From Capsulimonadales bacterium (GTDB lineage Bacteria > Armatimonadota > Armatimonadia > Armatimonadales > Armatimonadaceae), in assembly GCA_033762295.1 (NCBI GenBank), contig JANRLW010000066.1:1-12892 (forward strand): a stretch of DNA of 12,892 bases, written 5' to 3'. The translations under genes and the position numbers were made by a program. Shown piece by piece: positions 6,968-12,892 of the stretch. The number at the start of each line of letters is the position of its first letter. Within the stretch, counting starts at the first letter, position 1. The notes beneath the pieces were generated by a model that did no database searches, had not been told where the DNA came from, and worked only from the letters and a program-made list of their open reading frames with translations.

Positions 6968-7014
6968 CCGATATCCTGGCTCTCCGGGCGGACGACGGAG
7001 GAATCGTACGGTCG

Positions 7015-7043
7015 GACAGGGAACCCTAGGGTTCAACCCTGTC
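7015..7043. promoter_or_regulatory. Intergenic palindrome / extended inverted repeat
   Basis: GACAGG-[GAACCCTAGGGTTC]-AAC-CCTGTC: perfect 14-bp palindrome (7021-7034) flanked by a further 6-bp inverted repeat, ending 15 nt before the ATG at 7059. Confidence 0.5.
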
Positions 7044-7058
7044 AGTGAAAAGTCCGAC

Positions 7059-10000
7059 ATGAAACGCGTTCTGCTCGCCACTCTCTGCGCCTTGCTTCCG
7101 ATCGCGGGCAGCGTCCTCGCCCAGGTAAGGATCGCTGCCCCGTCCGCCGCTCCCGCCGCCACCCCGGAAAACCTCGAGTTCTTCGAAAAGCGCGTCCGAC
7201 CCCTCCTTCTGGAAAACTGCGCGTCCTGTCACAGCGGGAACCAGCCCCTCGGCGGATTTCGCCTCGATCCGATCGCGGATATCCTTAAAGGAGGGACCCA
7301 CGGTCCGGTCCTCGTCGGACGAGACCCCGAGAAAAGTCGCCTGATCCGCGCGATCCGTCATCTTCCCGGTGTCGCCGCCATGCCCCCGTCCGGCAAACTC
7401 TCCCCCGATCAGATCACCGTACTGACGGAGTGGGTCCGGCGCGGCGCGCCCCTTCCGGCTCCGGCGGCGCGAAAAGCCGCAAACGCCAAAACCTCCGGCG
7501 GGTTTCCGCTGGAACTGCGCCGGCAGCACTGGGCTTACCGACCGATGCGTCGTCCCGCCGTTCCCCCGGTCAAAAATCGGGCGGTCATTCGCAACCCCAT
7601 CGACGCGTTTCTCCAGGCTCGACGGGAATCCGCCGGAATCCGCCCCGCCCCGCCGACCGACCGGCGAACCCTTTTGCGGCGGGTCACCTACGACCTGATC
7701 GGGCTGCCGCCCACCCCCGCCGAGATCAACGCCTTCCTTGCCGATCGCTCGCCGAACGCCTACGAAAAGGTGGTCGAGCGACTCCTCGCCTCGCCCCATT
7801 ACGGCGAACGCTGGGCGCGCCACTGGCTGGACCTCGTTCGCTATGCCGAATCGCTCGGCCATGAGTTCGATTACACCATTTTCAACGCCTGGCGGTATCG
7901 CGACTACGTCATCCGCGCGTTCAATGCCGACGTTCCCTACGACCGGTTTGTCACCGAACATCTGGCGGGTGACCTGTTGCCCGATCCGCGCTACGATCGG
8001 GTGACCGGCGAGAACGAATCGATTCAGGCGACCGGTTTCTTCTGGCTCGGGGAGGGGAAACACTCGCCGGTCGATGTGCGTCAGGAGCAGGCCGACCGGA
8101 TCGATAACCAGATCGACGTGATCGGCAAGGCGTTCCTCGCCCAGACGGTCGCCTGCGCCCGCTGTCACGATCACAAGTTCGATCCGATCCCGACCCGCGA
8201 CTATTATGCGCTCTACGGCATCCTGAAAAGCTCCCGATTCCAGCAGGCGATCCTCGACGCCCCCACCCGCTTCAATCCGGTTCGTTCCGAAATCGCCGCC
8301 GAGTTACGGACCGTCGACCGTGTCGAACTCGCCGACCGCTGGAAGGAGAATCTGACACGGATCGACGAAAAGCGGCTGGAATCCCTGCTGCCCCCCGGCC
8401 CGACCACCGAAAAGCCGATCGCTCCGATCAACGAATGGAAGGGAACGGGACCGGCCTTCGCCGCACTGGCACGGACCGGCGACCTGATCGTCAGTCGTGA
8501 CGCTCACCATCTGCCGCCGACCCTCATCGCCCGTCCGACCGCGCATTCCGCCCTGCACACCCGACGGTTCGCCGGTATCCTTCGCTCCCCGACGTTCACC
8601 ATAGACCGTGACTACCTGCATCTTCGGGTCGCCGGGAAGAACACCCGGGTCTATATCATTGTCGATAACTTCCTCATGATCCGCGACCCTCTTTACGGCC
8701 CGCTGATCCAATCCGTCGATGATCCGCGCCCGCACCGCCGGTCGGTCGATCTGCGTCGCTGGAAGGGACATGAAGCCTATATCGAAGTCGCCGACTCCCC
8801 GGTGCCGCATCCGGGCACGATCGACGCGCCCGTTCTGCCCGAATCGGCCGGGCAACCGAGCGACGCCTGGATCGCCCTCCACGACGCCTTTCTCTCCGAC
8901 ACGGACGAACCGGCCGTATCGGCCCATCCGCTGACCGGTCTCGCTCCCGCCGACCGTCGGCAGGCGATGGTCGCCGCCCTGGAGCGATGGGTCCTCCGGG
9001 AAACCGCCGAAAGTGATACGCCCGCCCTCGAACTGTGGGACGCCCTGCTGCAGGCCGGACTGCTCGATGTCTCCTCGCTCGGGCCGACGATCGAGCGAGT
9101 GACCGCCCTGGAGGCGACCATTCCCGTTCCCCGCCTCAGTCTGGCGATGACCGAAGGCACCGGCCGGAACGAGCGTGTCTTCGTCCGGGGCAGTCACCGG
9201 ACGCGGGGTGAGGAAGCCCCCCGTCTGCGCCTTGCCGTCTGCTTCAACGAAACGGATCGCACCCCGACTCCGACCGGCAGCGGACGCCGGGAACTGGCGG
9301 CCCGAATCGCGTCCCCGCGCCACCCGTTGACCGCGCGCGTCCTGGTGAACCGTCTCTGGAAGCATCACTTCGGCGTGGGGATCGTTCCCTCCGTCGATGA
9401 TTTCGGCCATATGGGCGAGAAACCGAGCCATCCCGAACTGCTCGACTGGCTGGCCGGCGAGTTAGTCCGCCAGCGGTGGAGCATCAAACGGATGCACCGG
9501 TTGATGGTGCTGTCGAACACTTATCGCATGAGCAGTCGGGCGTCGGACCCGGTCGCCGAGCGCAAAGACCCGAAGAACGTCCTGCTGCACCGGATGTCGG
9601 TGCGTCGCCCGGAAGCGGAGGTCATTCGCGACTCGTTGCTCGCGGTATCCGGTCGTCTGAATCGAACCCTTTTCGGCCCCGGCGTCGCGCCGTTTCTCCA
9701 GCAGCAGGACGGACGCGGCTTTCCGCCGACCGGGCCTCCGGATGGCGACGGTCGCCGGACCCTTTACCTGCAGATCCGGCGCAACTTCCCGTCGCTGTTC
9801 CTGACCGCGTTCGACTTTCCGACGCCGTTCACGACCATCGGGCGACGCAGCGTTTCCAACGTCCCGGCGCAGGCGCTGACCATGATGAACAGCGACCTGG
9901 TCTGGCAGCAGGCCGAATTCTGGGCGAAACGCGTTCTGGCGGAGAGAAACGGCGCGCCCGCGTCCGCCGTGATCCGCTCCCTGTACGAGTCCGCCTACGG

Positions 10001-10127
10001 TCGTCCGCCCACGTCCGTCGAAACCGCCGCCCTCCTTCGCTATGTGGAAGGGCGCGACGACCCGGAGATCTGGTCGCAGGTCTGCCACGCCCTCTACAAC
10101 GCCAAAGAGTTTATCTACGTGTTCTGA
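7059..10127 (+). CDS. Planctomycete-type cytochrome c / DUF1549 (PSCyt2) / DUF1553 (PSD1) protein (1022 aa)
   Basis: Start assigned to ATG 7059 (Sec signal MKRVLLATLCALLPIAGSVLAQ). Motifs FFEKRVRPLLLENCASCH (heme c CxxCH), NPIDAF, LLRRVTYDLIGLPPT, YGERWARHWLDLVRYA, CARCHDHKFDPI, PLTARVLVNRLWKHHFG, PSHPELLDWLA, SNVPAQAL and terminal KEFIYV. Confidence 0.95.
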   Translation: MKRVLLATLCALLPIAGSVLAQVRIAAPSAAPAATPENLEFFEKRVRPLLLENCASCHSGNQPLGGFRLDPIADILKGGTHGPVLVGRDPEKSRLIRAIRHLPGVAAMPPSGKLSPDQITVLTEWVRRGAPLPAPAARKAANAKTSGGFPLELRRQHWAYRPMRRPAVPPVKNRAVIRNPIDAFLQARRESAGIRPAPPTDRRTLLRRVTYDLIGLPPTPAEINAFLADRSPNAYEKVVERLLASPHYGERWARHWLDLVRYAESLGHEFDYTIFNAWRYRDYVIRAFNADVPYDRFVTEHLAGDLLPDPRYDRVTGENESIQATGFFWLGEGKHSPVDVRQEQADRIDNQIDVIGKAFLAQTVACARCHDHKFDPIPTRDYYALYGILKSSRFQQAILDAPTRFNPVRSEIAAELRTVDRVELADRWKENLTRIDEKRLESLLPPGPTTEKPIAPINEWKGTGPAFAALARTGDLIVSRDAHHLPPTLIARPTAHSALHTRRFAGILRSPTFTIDRDYLHLRVAGKNTRVYIIVDNFLMIRDPLYGPLIQSVDDPRPHRRSVDLRRWKGHEAYIEVADSPVPHPGTIDAPVLPESAGQPSDAWIALHDAFLSDTDEPAVSAHPLTGLAPADRRQAMVAALERWVLRETAESDTPALELWDALLQAGLLDVSSLGPTIERVTALEATIPVPRLSLAMTEGTGRNERVFVRGSHRTRGEEAPRLRLAVCFNETDRTPTPTGSGRRELAARIASPRHPLTARVLVNRLWKHHFGVGIVPSVDDFGHMGEKPSHPELLDWLAGELVRQRWSIKRMHRLMVLSNTYRMSSRASDPVAERKDPKNVLLHRMSVRRPEAEVIRDSLLAVSGRLNRTLFGPGVAPFLQQQDGRGFPPTGPPDGDGRRTLYLQIRRNFPSLFLTAFDFPTPFTTIGRRSVSNVPAQALTMMNSDLVWQQAEFWAKRVLAERNGAPASAVIRSLYESAYGRPPTSVETAALLRYVEGRDDPEIWSQVCHALYNAKEFIYVF

Positions 10128-11689
10128 CGGCGGCGAACGGCGGCCAGTCCGAAGATTGGCAGCAGAAGGGCAAGCGCCGTGGGTTCGGGAGCGGCCAACG
10201 AACCCATCGCCATCGCGCCGTTGAAGTAGAGCGAACCGTTGCCGACGACGCCGACTTCGGTGCCGCCCAGATAGTCGAACAGGTGAACCCCGCTGACACT
10301 CTGGCCGCCGAGCAGCAGACCGTTCAGGGTGAACTGACGATAGCTGCCGTAGGCATCCGAACCGAGGATCGCCGAGGAGAGAGTGAGATTCGATCCCAGA
10401 AGGTTGAGCGTACTGTTGTCGAACAGGCGGATCGTGAACGGGGAGATCGCGCCGCCGGACCAGGTAGTCGCCGAGTTGCCGCGTCCGAACAGATCCTGAA
10501 TCGTCCCTCCGGAGATCGTCAGAACCGACGACCCGTTGGCCGTCAGGCTGTTGACCGCCGCCGTTCCGCTCACCGTGACGTTTCCGCCGACCGCCGCGAC
10601 CGTCGTGATAGTCCCGCCCGAAAGGTCGGTCTGTCCCCTGAAGACGGTGATTCCGTTGACACTGCCGCCGGCGATTTCGACCGTGCCACCGGTAGTCACC
10701 GTGTTCTGGCTGCTGCCGTTCATCCGAAAAACGCCCGTTCCGGACGTCGAAACGTTGCCGTTGATCGTGCTGCCGTCGTTCATCGTGACGTTGCCGGACG
10801 TGATCGTGAGCCCCTGGTCGACCGTCGTGCCGTTATTGAGGACGATGTCGCCGCCGTTCAGGGACAGGGAGGAGATCGAGGACCCGGTGAACGTCGTCAC
10901 GGACCCCGCCGCCACATCGATCGAGGAGAAGGTTCCATTGCCGACGCTGCCGGTCCCGGATGTTCGGAACGCCGTCGCCGTCAACGAGAAATCATCGACC
11001 GCCAGACCATCGTCCGCGTTGAAGACATTGAAATCGTTCCACCGGATTTTGAAATTGCCCTGATCGGCCCAATTCAGGTCCTCAAGGCGTTGACCGATCG
11101 ATATTCGGTACAAGTTGCCATCGAGCGCGCCGATCGTTCCCGTTCTAATCAGAGAGCTAAAATCCAATGCATTGACACCGGTCCAGTTCGGCGATGTCGT
11201 GGCATCGCTCAACGCGGCTCCGGGCGCCAGGGAGTACTGAAATTCCAGGCGATCCGCATCACGGTTGAGGGTGCCCAAACGCCACTGTTCGCCGAGATAG
11301 TTGATTTGCAGGGCGGTCACGGTCAGGCCGCTGCTGTTGGTAAACTGCGCCCCGATCGTCGGAGTCAGTGTGCCGGAGAGCAGCGTACCCAACGCGCGCT
11401 CGGTCGATCCGGAATAACCGAAACTGTAGGTATTCCCGGCGTTTGCGCTGCCCGTGCCGGCGGCATAGGTGGTGTTCGCGTTGGTGCCGGTTTCGAAAAG
11501 GAGCCAACCCTGCGGCAGAAACGAGCTGGTTCCGATGTTGGCGAGCGTGTCGAAGTTTTGCGTATACCCGATCGAGTCAGTGATCGTGATGCCTGTCTGC
11601 GCGTGAGCGGCGGACGCTGCCAGCGTGACACCGAATGAAAGGGCGACGCTCGCGGCAAGGCGAGCGGAAGGTCGGACGAGGAACGGCAT
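10115..11689 (-). CDS. PEP-CTERM sorting-domain surface protein (524 aa)
   Basis: GGAG RBS and Sec signal ending AHA|Q. N-terminal YTQNFDTL...GEQWRLG...DDGLAVDDFSLT domain, then G/T/N/S-rich beta-helix-like repeats. C-terminal APEP + hydrophobic helix + RRR. Overlaps the convergent gene by 13 nt. Confidence 0.92.
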   Translation of the reverse strand: MPFLVRPSARLAASVALSFGVTLAASAAHAQTGITITDSIGYTQNFDTLANIGTSSFLPQGWLLFETGTNANTTYAAGTGSANAGNTYSFGYSGSTERALGTLLSGTLTPTIGAQFTNSSGLTVTALQINYLGEQWRLGTLNRDADRLEFQYSLAPGAALSDATTSPNWTGVNALDFSSLIRTGTIGALDGNLYRISIGQRLEDLNWADQGNFKIRWNDFNVFNADDGLAVDDFSLTATAFRTSGTGSVGNGTFSSIDVAAGSVTTFTGSSISSLSLNGGDIVLNNGTTVDQGLTITSGNVTMNDGSTINGNVSTSGTGVFRMNGSSQNTVTTGGTVEIAGGSVNGITVFRGQTDLSGGTITTVAAVGGNVTVSGTAAVNSLTANGSSVLTISGGTIQDLFGRGNSATTWSGGAISPFTIRLFDNSTLNLLGSNLTLSSAILGSDAYGSYRQFTLNGLLLGGQSVSGVHLFDYLGGTEVGVVGNGSLYFNGAMAMGSLAAPEPTALALLLPIFGLAAVRRRQNT

Positions 11690-11743
11690 GATTTTCTCCC
11701 TGAAGAGGCGGCGGAGTTCCGAAAACCCGCACAGTGATTGCCG

Positions 11744-11749
11744 ATTATA
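11744..11749 (-). promoter_or_regulatory. Candidate sigma-70 -10 box for the PEP-CTERM gene
   Basis: Perfect TATAAT on the minus strand about 55 nt upstream of the ATG in a GC-rich context. No convincing -35; upstream sequence is AT-rich. Confidence 0.45.
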
Positions 11750-11847
11750 CCGATCGTCCGTGTTTTAAAATAGACGAAAACGTTGTACTGAAAGATAGAA
11801 GTCAAAATTTGACGGCTTCGCGAAGGAGAAACTCTTCGCAGTGGTTT

Positions 11848-11877
11848 TGGACGGATGCCTGCCCAAGAGGGTATAAC
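11848..11877 (+). promoter_or_regulatory. Candidate sigma-70 promoter for the DUF1501 gene
   Basis: TGGACG-N18-TATAAC directly upstream of the GGAGG RBS. It would give a very short leader. Confidence 0.3.
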
Positions 11878-11893
11878 GGAGGGGAGGTTCGCC

Positions 11894-12892
11894 ATGTTCT
11901 TTGAGCTGCCGCCGTGCGGTCGAGTGCGCCGCCCCCTGTCCCGTCGTGAACTGCTCGCTCGCGCCGCCAACGGATTCGGCGGCCTGAGCCTGCTGGCGCT
12001 GCTGTCCGAGGAGGCGCGCGCCGCCGACGGACGACCGCCGGTTCCCGGTCTGACCGGCCTGCACCACCCGGCGCGGGCCAAAGCGGTCATCTTTCTCTAT
12101 ATGGATGGCGGTCCGTCCCAGATGGATACCTTCGATCCGAAACCCCGACTGGCGCAGGATCACGGTAAAACGCCCCCGTTCGCCGTCCCCGCCACCCAGT
12201 TCAACAACAACGGCCTCATTCTCAAAAGCCCCTGGGAGTTCCGGCAGTACGGCCAAAGCGGCCTGCCGGTCAGCGAACTGTTCCCGCACGTCGCCACCTG
12301 CGCCGACGACCTCTGTGTCATCCGCTCGATGACCAGCAACTTCTCCGAACATACCAACGCCAACTACTTCCTGCACACCGGGAGCGGACAGCAGGGCAGG
12401 CCGTCGATGGGCGCATGGATCACCTACGGTCTGGGCAGCGAAAGCCGGAATCTACCCGGTTTTGTCGTGCTGAACGGTGGCCTGACCCCGCCGGGCGGCG
12501 CGGACTGCTTCGGCAGCGGGTTCCTGCCGCCGGATTTCCAGGGATCGGTCTTTCAAAAGGGGCCGGTTCCGATTCCCAACCTGAGCCGCCGCGAGCGGGA
12601 GGAGGCGGAACAGGCGCGTCATCTGAATCTGGTCCGGCAGCTGGACCGAAGCCTGCTCGGGCGGGTCGGCGCGGACCCGGCGCTGGAATCGGCGATCGCC
12701 AACCAGGAACTGGCCTTCCGGATGCAGCGAACCGTCCCCGAACTGACCGACCTGCGAGGCGAGTCCGAAGCCACGAAAAAACTCTACGGCATCGACAGCG
12801 ATTTCGAACCGACCAGTGTCTACGGGACACAGTGCCTGCTGGCGCGTCGCCTGGTGGAACGAGGGGTTCGCTTTGTCGAGATCACCTGCACC
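11894..12892 (+). CDS. DUF1501 family protein with Tat-like leader (3'-truncated at window edge)
   Basis: Not in the ORF track (open end). Hand translation: MFFELPPCGRVRRPLSRRELLARAANGFGGLSLLALL...HHPARAKAVIFLYMDGGPSQMDTFDPKP...SELFPHVATCADDLCVIRSM...RPSMGAWITYGLGSESRNLPGFVVL...QCLLARRLVERGVRFVEI. These are classic DUF1501 motifs. GGAGG RBS. Confidence 0.95.
   Translation, partial: MFFELPPCGRVRRPLSRRELLARAANGFGGLSLLALLSEEARAADGRPPVPGLTGLHHPARAKAVIFLYMDGGPSQMDTFDPKPRLAQDHGKTPPFAVPATQFNNNGLILKSPWEFRQYGQSGLPVSELFPHVATCADDLCVIRSMTSNFSEHTNANYFLHTGSGQQGRPSMGAWITYGLGSESRNLPGFVVLNGGLTPPGGADCFGSGFLPPDFQGSVFQKGPVPIPNLSRREREEAEQARHLNLVRQLDRSLLGRVGADPALESAIANQELAFRMQRTVPELTDLRGESEATKKLYGIDSDFEPTSVYGTQCLLARRLVERGVRFVEITCT

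Noticed and set aside
7021..7034. Palindrome as a Gram-positive-type LexA box
   Set aside because: Spacing is GAAC-N6-GTTC rather than the required N4.
6849..7058. N-terminal extension of the cytochrome ORF
   Set aside because: It overlaps the 226-aa gene and the palindrome. The signal peptide begins at ATG 7059.
10430..10960. Recurrent CCGTT/GCCGCC/GACCGT words suggesting a DNA repeat array or CRISPR
   Set aside because: Explained by Gly/Asn/Thr-rich protein repeats in the PEP-CTERM gene. There is no fixed-length repeat-spacer structure.
9476..11638. 720-aa plus-strand ORF spanning the DUF1553 end and the PEP-CTERM gene
   Set aside because: Arg/Ala/Gly-rich off-frame translation overlapping two well-supported genes.
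11728..11743. Sigma-54-like GG-N10-GC upstream of the PEP-CTERM gene (CGGCAATCACTGTGCG, minus strand)
   Set aside because: Several mismatches to consensus. An adjacent perfect TATAAT is a simpler explanation.

Overview
GC-rich bacterial chromosomal window. The prepilin N-terminus style ([32 protein letters not shown]) and the APEP-type sorting signal suggest Armatimonadota or a similar lineage; this is inference. From left to right there are six blocks. (1) A minus-strand cluster of at least five genes: an H-X9-DG/DUF1559-type prepilin, two small paralogous membrane/lipoproteins, and two paralogous exported proteins with an MKxVxKPGG leader. A good sigma-54-like promoter precedes it. (2) A divergent six-hairpin glycosidase-like gene. 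(3) A two-gene cassette: a eukaryote-like PARP (WGR + helical regulatory + H-Y-E catalytic domain) and an uncharacterised protein with a possible winged-helix N-terminus and AbrB/MraZ-like C-terminus. This cassette is the best candidate for an undescribed system. (4) A planctomycete-type cytochrome c/DUF1549/DUF1553 gene. (5) A convergent PEP-CTERM surface protein. (6) A truncated DUF1501 gene with a Tat-like leader. I saw no rRNA, tRNA, CRISPR array or transposase. All family calls come from motif recognition by eye, not from database searches.
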